Shown here: positions 54,425-64,000 of the stretch, piece by piece
Layout: every line of letters starts with the position of its first letter
Position numbering within the stretch: position 1 is the first letter of the stretch
Assembly (NCBI RefSeq): GCF_022539665.2
Contig: NC_081332.1
Location: forward strand, 3,782,001 to 3,846,000
From: Daphnia carinata
Lineage: Eukaryota
Direction: 5' to 3'
Length of the DNA: 64,000 bases
The notes under the pieces: generated by a model
What the model was told of the DNA's origin: nothing
Seen by the model: only the letters and a program-made list of their open reading frames with translations
Database searches by the model: none
Position numbers and translations under genes: made by a program

Positions 54425-55462
54425 TATAACATATCGCGCCATTTTTTCTTATGATTTTAAGACAACCTTTAACACTTGAGAATATTTTGTAATGATAAGC
54501 TCAATCTCAAAGGAATGCCATACATGAAAGACAACTCACAATTCTCGTTGCGATAGTTTTGGATTTTAACAGAACTTGATCTCTTACTGTAAATAAGGAA
54601 ATGATGCTGTATGCGACGATTAGAAAGATAAAGCACCAACAACTAAAAGGTTTTGCAAAGAATTTGTCGGAAAAAAATCTGTATTTTCAATTCTACACAC
54701 AGTACAATGATTTGCAACTTTTGAAGGGCAAAATAATCCGTTCAAAAATTTCCTGTAACCAAGGCAGGACGAGACTGCCTCAGTTAATCACCGAGAGCTT
54801 TCTAAAATGTTCATTTAGAGCAAAAGATATAGCTGACATTATGGAAACTTGCCTCAATTACCCACATCTTTATTAGTGCTAAGCCAATAAACCTGATTCA
54901 ACAATATTGTCGAAACAACCTATTAACATTTTATTACAAACTATTAATGGTTGTTTCACATCCAACAATGAATGGGCTAAAAATGTGGAGTAACAACAAA
55001 CAATAAAAAAGGAAACAAATGGTGTTGTAACTAACTTACAGGAAAGGATCCAAGAAACATATCATACTGCAAAATTTCAAATGTGGTCTGTATGGAACTC
55101 ATAAGTTACTGCACCTTCTCAGATTAATTCCAACCAGAAGTTCACAGGGTGCTAGTCCTTTAAGTATGAAATCACTTACACTGGAGTCAAAAACGTATTG
55201 AATTTAGATAGTTTCACAATCACTGCAAATACTTTCAGAATAACTGAGTTTACCGTTGTACAAGAATTCATGGTTCTAATGTCACAACATTGAATCACAC
55301 AAAACTATAGCAACTGACAAGTTCAATATCCCACAAGCACAAATGTGTTGAACCTGTGAAAGAAATTGCATTTGATTTCAGATGTAGCTAACAATCAAAT
55401 GCAGCATGTTTGTTATTACCAACAGAGTAGTTCGATAACCGCATACTTGGATTTGTTTTACT

Positions 55463-55618
55463 TATGGCAATCCGTTTTACCACAAAAAAAAAATATCGGT
55501 CTTTTTTTCTGTTTCACTGCTATTGCCATCTACCGGTCGATAGTAGTAAAACAAAAAGAAAGGCCGCTATTATTTTTTTTGGGGGGGGGGGGGGGGGGGG
55601 GTAAAACGGATTGCCATA
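55463..55618. mobile_element. Short MITE, TIR TGGCAATCCGTTTTACC, probable TA target duplication
   Basis: TA-TGGCAATCCGTTTTACC ... GGTAAAACGGATTGCCA-TA; the same ends recur at 60343-60792 and as an orphan right end at ~60288-60305. Confidence 0.8.
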
Positions 55619-57542
55619 GATTGCATCAAACTTACCCATTCGGCAACCCAAGTGTGCACATGTTTTTCTTCGATAATTATTTTATTTTGCTAGTATATTT
55701 GGTAAACTGCAATCGTGCCCAATATTTTTGCCTTTGCATTTTAGGTCAACCCTTAGGTGATCTATACCTGATCCTGTGTTTTAAAGTGATCTGCTTTCAC
55801 AGCTACATTTCTGTGTTCTTTTCCGTTGGTCTATGGTTCTGAATTGAGGCAAGTATATCTATTATGCTATGTCACTAAGTACTATAGGCAAAAGAATAAC
55901 TGAAGTTGATTGAGATCTATTCTGATTCTCCTGATATCCATCTCAACAGGTTTTTATTTGCTTTTCAACATCCATTTCATAGTGGTACATGTGGCTTTGA
56001 TTAATATTACCATAAAGACTGCCAAAAATGGGTGTGTACGGAAACCCAGAAATGGCATGAGTTCAACATCAAACATGGATTAGGTACTTTTCGGTTTTTT
56101 GTCTATCGAAAAAGTATTTTTAATGCTATTATTTTGCATTCACAGAAGTTTAGTGGGGGATCAAGTCAAGTCTGGAAGTGTTACAGGATGGAAGAGTGAG
56201 CCTACATTGTAAAAACACTGAAAGTGCATTACCATTAAGGTATGAGGTAAAGTAATAGAGTATGCAAATTGTCTAATGAGAAGTACCATCTTGTGTGAAT
56301 GAATCCTGTGTAACAGCAATCCTTTATAGTTCTGTCACAGCTAGAAGCCTCAAATAATTCTGCTTCTCTTGCTAAAGAACAACTTGTCCTTTATGTTCAC
56401 AGTGTTGGTAAAGCTGGGTACTTAAATGGCCCTAAAGATGTTTTAATTTTGCTGCTGTTGCAGAGATGAACATCATACATAGACTCTTTAGGTATGAAAG
56501 GAATTTTCTTCAAATAATTTTGAATTTATGACGAAGAATTTCTCTTCCTTTTTGCCAACCAGGTGTAATCTACAAAAAAAAAATTTATCCAATAGGAAAG
56601 GATTTTCAGCATACTGGGAACACAACTATCAACAATGCAACATTCTAGGGGTGCTATTTTATCATTCAAGAGCCTTATACAATGATTTTCATCTGCAATT
56701 TGTATGGCCTTTCCCAAGCTTCTGCCAGAAGTTGAATCTATAAGTCATGTAAGTCACATGAGCAACAATTGAGATGCTTAATGGTGTTGTTTTTCCTTTC
56801 TCGGCATAGGTTAATAGTAACATTGGATCTGAAAAGATTCTTGGTTGGGGCAAGACACTGAATAAATTGTAATGATTGAATGGATGACATGACATTTCTA
56901 TACTTCATTCGGATTCCCGAGACGGTATTTTATATTTAAAAAATTGAAGTGCATATCTGGGCTCCCTTCCTTTCCGTAGCCCCGTTTCCCCTTGACTCGT
57001 AATAAGCCCGTAGGGGGTCATGCCCCTACTGTACGGTATATATAAAAACAACATATACCGAGGTTTGGAGGGCTCTGGCCGGAAAGGGGACGTGGATGTC
57101 CGCTTAGTCCGATGATGTGTTCACGGAGGGCTCTGTGGCTACCCACAAATCCGAACTAAAGGTTAATCGCTCCTGTAAAAATGTTCCAAATCTTCAGCTC
57201 TTCTTCCGGCTTCTCTTAGCCAATCACCGGGTAATCTCCCCGGTGGGTCAACAAGGCAGTGTCTCCCCCTGCCTGGGTTGACGGCAACTTTTGAAAGGGC
57301 TATTGTGCCTTTTTAAAGTTGCAAAAGTAATTGTAATGTGCAGAGAATTGTCAATAAATTTTTTTTAATAAAAAATTTTTTGCAAAATTTGTCTCTTTCA
57401 TTATCTGTGTTCGCTGTGTTCACACATTACATATATCGCCTTTTTTTTTATTTAGCTTGCTCAATTGACCTATATTGTTTTATGCCAGCTTTGTTGGTAA
57501 GCATTGTTTCCATTGGTTTATCCTTTATCTGTAAGCATTTAA

Positions 57543-57613
57543 TTATTATCCAGGGATCGAACGCTGGATGTTTGGCATACCGCGCCGATGCTCTACCAAT
57601 GAGCCATGAATCA
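57543..57613 (-). pseudogene. tRNA-like element, copy E
   Basis: Minus strand TGGCTCATTGGTAGAGCATCGGC-GCGGTAT-GCCAA..CAGCGTTCGATCCCTGG. Confidence 0.6.
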
Positions 57614-57729
57614 TATGATGTCAAGTTGGCTTTTTTCTAGTCACTTGCGGACTTGCATTTACACTTTGAATAAAACTGAAATGCATTAATGAAATATTCT
57701 TTTCTTCATTTAGATGTAGATCTTTATAC

Positions 57730-57798
57730 ATCTAGTAAGGTTTGAACCCAGGGTAACAGTTATCGCAGCTGAATGCTCTACCACAGAGCTATGGACCT
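57730..57798 (-). pseudogene. tRNA-like element, copy F
   Basis: Minus strand TAGCTCTGTGGTAGAGCA ... CTGGGTTCAAACC. Confidence 0.55.
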
Positions 57799-57893
57799 TA
57801 CGTAAGCAATAGAAAGATAAACATATAGTTGTGAAAGACTGCATAAACATCCTAGACGATAACATATTATATGCGATAAGAAGATCTTAAATA

Positions 57894-57964
57894 TATCTCG
57901 TGGCTTAATGTTAGAGCATCGGCGTTGCACGCTGAATGTCTGGGGATCGATTCCCATGCCAGTA
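57894..57964 (+). pseudogene. tRNA-like element, copy G
   Basis: TGGCTTAATGTTAGAGCATCGGC-GTTGCAC-GCTGA..TGGGGATCGATTCCCA; anticodon stem fully paired, acceptor stem not. Confidence 0.6.
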
Positions 57965-60342
57965 AAACAATATATAATTACAAAATTACTTCAGAAAATA
58001 TCCAGGTATTACACGTTGTTCCTTGTCTAAGTTCAAGAATTCAAAAAGTGTAATAATAATAATTGAATACTTACAGATAAACGATACAACGGTGTCAAAA
58101 ACAATAAAGATGAATTGAGCAAGCTAAATAAAAAAAAAATGGTAATTGTAATGTGTGAACAAAGCGAACACAGACAATGAAAGAGACAAATTTTGCAAAA
58201 AATATTTTATGAAAAAAAAAATTTATTGACAATTCTCTGCACATTACAATTATTTTTGCAACTTTAAAAAGGCAAAATAGCCCTTTCAAAAGTTGCCGTC
58301 AACCCAGGCAGGGGGAGACACTGCCTTGTTGACCCACCGGGGAGATTACCCGGTGATTGGCTAAGAGAAGCCGGAAGAAGAGCTGAAGATTTGGAACATT
58401 TTTACAGGAGCGATTAACCTTTAGTTCGGATTTGTGGGTAGCCACAGAGCCCTCCGTGAACACATCATCGGACTAAGCGGACATCCACGTCCCCTTTCCG
58501 GCCAGAGCCCTCCAAACCTCGGTATATGTTGTTTTTATATATACCGTACAGTAGGGGCATGACCCCCTACGGGCTTATTACGAGTCAAGGGGAAACGGGG
58601 CTACGGAAAGGAAGGGAGCCCAGATATGCACTTCAATTTTTTAAATATAAAATACCGTCTCGGGAATCCAAATGAAGTATAGAAATGTCATGTCATCCAT
58701 TCAATCATTACAATTTATTCAGTGTCTTGCCCCAACCAAGAATCTTTTCAGATCCAATGTTACTATTAACCTATGCCGAGAAAGGAAAAACAACACCATT
58801 AAGCATCTCAATTGTTGCTCATGTGACTTACATGACTTATAGATTCAACTTCTGGCAGAAGCTTGGGAAAGGCCATACAAATTGCAGATGAAAATCATTG
58901 TATAAGGCTCTTGAATGATAAAATAAAACCCCTAGAATGTTGCATTGTTGATAGTTGTGTTCCCAGTATGCTGAAAATCCTTTCCTATTGGATAATTTTT
59001 TTTTTGTAGATTAGACATGGTTGGCAAAAAGGAGGAGAAAAGCTTTATCATAAATTCAAAAAATTTTCAAGAAAATTCCTTTCATACCTAAAGAGTCTAT
59101 GTATGATGTTCATCGCTGCAATGCCAGTGAAGTGAAACATCTTTAGGGCCATTTAAGTACCCAGCTTCACCAACACTGAGCGTAAAGGACAAGTTGTTCT
59201 TTAGCAAGGGAAGCAGAATTATTTGAGGCTTCTAGCTGTGACAGAACTATAAAGGATTGCTGTTATACAGGATTCATTCACACAAGATGGTACTTCTCAT
59301 TAGACAATGTGCATACCCTATTACTTTACCTCATACCTTAATGGTAATGCACTCTCAGTGTTTTTTTCAACTGTAGGCTGACTCTTCCATCCTGTAACAC
59401 TTCCAGACTTGACTTGATCCCCTGCTAAAATTCTGTGAATGCAAAATAATAGCATTAAAAATACTTTTTCGATAGACAAAAAACCGAAAAGTACCTAATC
59501 CATGTTTCATGTTGAACTTGTGCCATTTCTGGGTTTCTGTACCACACCCATTTTCAGCCCAAATACAGTCCCACAATTGTTCAGTTCCTTCACTGCATGG
59601 GCTTATTACTAACAATTCTTTTAGTGCAGCACTAACAGAATTTAACTTTAACACACTGTCAGGTAGTGGACTGAATAACTAAACAATAAATAATTGTTTT
59701 TTAAAATTCTATACTTATTTTGAATTCTTATTTGAAAAGTTTAGGTACCTGGCTGTGTTCACCTAATGCCAACTCATCCTCACGTTCAGTTAGGGATGAG
59801 TTTTGAAAAACCTCCTTCACTGTTTGGAAACTGTTTCGTTCCAATTTGTTCTTTTACCCTAGCTGAGCTTGTAGACTCAAAATTTGAGCTACAAAACACG
59901 AATGAATAAAAGCAAATAAATAGAATCATTACGTATTAGGCCTACGATCCTTAGCTTTGTTGTTATCTAATATTTTGTGTTGTTCCAATAACTGGGCCTG
60001 CAGCTTCATAATTTGATCTAATAAACAATAATTAATAATTGAAAACCAATATAATAATGTTTATACTTACCATTTTTTTGTTTTATTATCTTATCCATTT
60101 TTCAATTGTTCCTCCAGCCACGCGTTATTCTCCATCCACGCTACTGAACTAACTGCGAATGGAATCCAATGGACTGAAATTGCCTACGCCAGTCATAACG
60201 AGTCTGAGCGGTAGATGGCTACGTGTCGGAAAAAAATGAAAAAAGTGTGATTTTTTTTTTTTTTTGGCGAAATTTTTTTTTTTTTGTGTAAAACGGATTG
60301 CCATATAACTGTGTCTTACCCAGTAAATGTTTGGTCAACCAC

Positions 60343-60792
60343 TATGGCAATCCGTTTTACCCAAAATAAAAATAAAAAATATTGGCCTTTTTTCTGCTTT
60401 ACTGCTATCGACATCTACTGGTCACATTTCTAGTTACTTCTCTACATACACTGACCGAAAAAATTTTTGAGCCCGACTAGATAAGCCCGATTTTTCTCGG
60501 TCGGGCTTTAAAAAATTTTCGGTACGAACTGACACTCATCGGAATTGGTTGAATTTCACAGGATATATTCAAAATTGAATGCTGATTCCGGGAAAATTGC
60601 TATTTTTTTATTAAGGTAAACGTTTTTGAAACACACCGAATATTTGACGCAATGCTAGCGCGATGCAGTAGAAATACTAGGTGTGTGTATGTTGAGAATT
60701 AACTAAAAGTGACCGCTAGATGGTGATAGCAGTAAAACAGAAAAAAAAAAAATATATTTTTTTTGGGGGGAGGGGTAAAACGGATTGCCATA
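60343..60792. mobile_element. MITE of the same family as 55463-55618, longer copy with different internal sequence
   Basis: TA-TGGCAATCCGTTTTACC ... GGTAAAACGGATTGCCA-TA; subterminal actgctatcgacatctac / ctagatggtgatagcagtaaa inverted match; interior resembles the repeat at 9160-9490. Confidence 0.8.
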
Positions 60793-60807
60793 CACCTAGC
60801 ATGAGGC

Positions 60808-61048
60808 GGAGTACCCTCTGCAATAACTTGAGCTACGCACGTTAAACTGAAGAAGCATTACAAATCACAAGCACGCTCTATTTGACCTATCGACCCGCCA
60901 GAGTGCCCTGGTAAATTGGGGTGTTTCCCAATGCCATCTGGGGAGCTTAATATGCACAGCTCAAGCTATTCCGTGCAAAGTGTACTCCCGTTACTACCTC
61001 TGGCATGGTGTACTAGGAAGATGGGACAACTCTCCTTGTACACCATGC
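60808..61048. repeat. Two adjacent imperfect inverted repeats
   Basis: ggagtaccctctgcaataacttgagctacgcacgttaa (60808-60845) pairs imperfectly with ttaatatgcacagctcaagctatt...gtactcc (60947-60988); gcatggtgtactagg pairs with ccttgtacaccatgc (61003-61048). Confidence 0.6.
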
Positions 61049-61055
61049 TTCTGAC

Positions 61056-61471
61056 TAGGGCTCGGCCCCGATCGTCTTTGATCGGTGCAAACCGCGGTTT
61101 TTCATTTAAAAATCGTCAAACCGTCGGTTCGGTTTGGCCATTTTTGACTGCGGTTTGGTTTTCGGTTTGCAACTGGGCAAAACCGGTTTGAACCGCCATT
61201 AAATATTTTTCTTTGAAATTTTGCTGAAATTCCAAATCAAGTAATTATCACTAATTGTTGTAAGCGTAATGGCGGTCAGCAACTTGTTATGAATCAAATT
61301 TCCGATCACACTTGAAGGCATCGCGATCGAAAATTGGTCGATCTTCCCGCCATCTAGCGACAAAATCTGTTACTGCTTTTTTGTTGAATGCAAACCGTAA
61401 AACCGCAATCTGTTTGAAAAAAATCGGTTTGTCCTTTTAAAAAAAAAGCCAAAATCGTGCCCGATCTGCTA
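61056..61471. mobile_element. Possible hAT-like non-autonomous remnant
   Basis: Starts TAGGGCTCGG, followed by many AACCG/CGGTT subterminal repeats; right end degenerate and no TSD found. Confidence 0.35.
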
Positions 61472-61578
61472 GTGGCAACGCTGTTGAATCGCATTTTGCT
61501 CTCTAGCAATGTCTTTCACTCGGTTATGATAGAATATGAAGTGATTGATTACAGGAATAACCACGAAATGATTTTTAG

Positions 61579-62530
61579 TTAGAAGCAGTCATTATTGTAG
61601 CACATTAAAAGATCACGAAGGAAGCTAAATAGTTTTGTCTTTATGAGCAAATCGACCGGTGTAGCCACTTTGTATACCACCAGATTCGCCAAGATTTTCT
61701 TAGCGCTACACCTCCCAGTTCTAAAAAAACAATCGAAACATTTAGGCCCTACAAAAAAAGCCCTTGCAAGCACCATTTAAGGAAATCTTCGTCACTTGTA
61801 ACAGCCATGAAATTGCAAATATTTTGTTGAGCCATTGAAACATTACAGTGGTCTATTTGTTCAACAAGCGGATAAATCCCATGGTCGACTTCTTCAAAGC
61901 CACTATAATCCGACAACGTTTCGTGGCTGCAGGCGAGCGTTGGGTAGTACGTTTGGTAACCCGTCCGAAAGACTAGACGCCCAATCCACGTCAGCAGCGT
62001 AGGACGCAAAGTTGCTTTATGGTTCGTCAATCGGTTGGGTGTGGATAACCTTTACCACGTTGTGCCCGGTACACGCTAAATTACAGTCAAAGGCATCTTC
62101 AACTGACCAAGAAAAGAGTGGATGTAAAAGCGCTTCAGCTTTTATACTGGTAACAGGCACCCATGTCTGAAAAATTAAAGAAGAAAGGGAAAATAATGAC
62201 ACTGATTAAAAGTTTGAAGCAATTTATGGCTTCAGGGCTAAAAATTATTAAGCTATTTTGGCGAGGAAAAACGTATCGAAATCTGGAAGAGTAGATTACA
62301 AAATGTAGGGTGGTCCCAATCGAAAAATGATGTGCATGGTACTAATTTACACTTGCAAAAGCGGAAAAAAATAAGTCTTATTGCTTACCTCAGTTGGCCA
62401 GATCTAATATTATATTCGCTATCCATCAATGCAAGAAATGCCCACGGTGCGGAAATGCAAGTGAATTTACGCATCCCCGGTTTTCGTGATGAAGGCGCTG
62501 TATAATATGGTGTGTTTCCAAAGGTTACAA
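61579..62530 (-). pseudogene. Possible decayed protein-coding sequence of unknown identity
   Basis: Overlapping minus-strand ORFs in shifting frames (61579-62202) and an exon-like block ending in AG|GTAAG at ~62388; no family recognised. Confidence 0.25.
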
Positions 62531-63543
62531 ATATAAATGCAACCGTTATCCGTTCCACTGAATGAAAAGAAGAAAAAATCGCCTTTGACTGTGAAACAAG
62601 GAAAAAAATATCAAACAAATGTCTTTTATGCTTTACCAAGCAAAAATAAAGTTTTCTGTTGACCAAATCTGCAGTGGAAAGTTTTTTTGAAATGAACTGG
62701 AAGTTCTTGTCAACAGGTTGACGCCATTTCAAACCGTATATGGGGCGCAACCTTGATGGATCCACCGGATGAAAAGTGGAAGGAGTTCAAACGCGACAAC
62801 CTAACGTTCAACTGCATTTGTCAACTGAAAAAGCCCGAGGGTTTCACCTAATCTAACAAAGTAATTTAAAAACCACCTCTATTATCACTATCGTTTTATT
62901 TTATTTCTCACCTGCTTTATGGTTCCGAATATCAGACTTAATCTGTTTACCATAGTTATCCTACTGGAACGAACAAGGTAATTAAAATGCTAAGCGTAGA
63001 TAAAATATATGTTAATACCAAGAAACAAATGCCACTATGAATTGTATGATTTTACCTGAACAGTTACAAACAAGAATACTTCCGAAAATGGGAAAATCAG
63101 CGATGACTGGGCAGCTCACAAGCATCTTTTCTTTTTTCGAGATATGGAATAACTTGTAAGTTAACGCCTGGCCGACATCAAATGCTTACTCGGGCAAGCA
63201 TAAATTTGTTCTTCACACCAAAGACTAATTTCCTTTTTCGCTGAAAAAAAAAAAGATAATAAACAAATGCTACTGCAGGTGAGAGACAAGCTTCACGGTT
63301 TACGAGGAAACGTGAACCCTATACCTGTCGTTCAACATATGCCGCACGTGCCCTTTTTGTTTAACGGTAGTTTGACTTTGAAATTAAGTACTTGTTTTGT
63401 TTCGATTCGGAAAACCTGAATAGTTAGCTTTATAAGCTCTGGTACGGTCTAAGCGTTATAAACATAACCAGAAATAAAGACCAGTCGCTTTCATCGAAGG
63501 AAGCAGTGAAGAAGCTATTACAATCTCTTTCTCGATCCCGACA

Positions 63544-64000
63544 ATGTTAAACCATTTGAAATTTTTTTGTTCTTTATTGATAATGATGTCTTGCTATCGA
63601 CCGGTGGCGCATGGACAAGTTTACGCACTGGGTTCTTGTCCCAATCTCAACGTCGTCTCCGACTTCAAAATCGATCAGGTACGATTCCCCCGATTTTTTT
63701 GTCTTCCTTATTCGTCCATCAAGATAAAAGCATTAAATCCAAATACGTAAATTACGTAACACTATGAATCATATTTTCACTCAATAACGTGCCAAGTTTG
63801 GAAATGTGGCTTATCGCGCAACCATCCCGTCTAGCACCATTTCAAGGATATTATTAGATTTTCCAAAGCTTTAAAGTTTCAAATTTGAAAATAAAAGAAA
63901 AGAAAAGTGTAGATTTAACCATGGATAAGACACACACGTGCAACTCTTCTTTTTCTTTTGATTCCCGAAACATCTAAACACCAAATTCGGAAGTATTTGG
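63544..64000 (+). CDS. ApoD: Apolipoprotein D-like lipocalin, copy 6 (truncated by window end)
   Basis: Exon 1 63544-63678 (signal peptide, QVYALGSCPNLNVVSDFKIDQ|GT); exon 2 begins at 63994 with TAT TTG G (YLG). Confidence 0.85.

Larger units (their letters stand above)
56024..59555. repeat. Large inverted duplication (palindrome): arms ~56024-57549 and ~58053-59555, spacer ~500 bp
   Basis: Identical 68-aa ORF at 56689-56895(-) and 58685-58891(+); position x pairs with about 115580-x; arms checked by eye at the outer, middle and inner ends. Confidence 0.95.

Noticed and set aside
58381..58420. CTGAAGA...GAAC resembling a hammerhead ribozyme core (also CCGATGA at ~57109)
   Set aside because: No GAAA at the right position and no convincing stems I-III could be built.
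58685..58891. Duplicated 68-aa ORF as a real gene pair
   Set aside because: The identity follows from the palindrome; there is no recognisable domain or independent coding evidence.

Overview
Eukaryotic, intron-rich, AT-rich arthropod DNA. Short 60-80 bp introns, long A/T homopolymers and an expanded ApoD family suggest Daphnia; this is an inference. Recognisable genes: (i) a complete multi-exon cadherin on the minus strand (19755->9878; many cadherin repeats, one TM segment, C-terminal ETTEL PDZ-type motif; CDH23/Cad88C/Cad74A-like); (ii) a divergently oriented single-pass membrane protein with two Cys-rich EB-like modules (32402-36948); (iii) a tandem apolipoprotein D-like lipocalin cluster with five complete genes (38-49 kb), an orphan first exon and a sixth gene truncated at the window end. 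Two repeat-rich accessory zones (1-9.6 kb and 49-63 kb) hold the unusual material: a family of seven degenerate tRNA-like elements with conserved Pol III boxes but different anticodon loops; a ~3.5 kb palindrome (56.0-59.6 kb) whose spacer contains three of them and whose arms share a near-identical, hairpin-rich core; TA-flanked MITEs carrying CTCF-like motifs; a MITE with an 8-bp TSD and CATGG ends; and several spliced-looking, ORF-less or decayed units built from duplicated exons. No autonomous transposase, CRISPR array or rRNA could be supported. All alignments and translations were done by eye, so coordinates of repeat edges are approximate.
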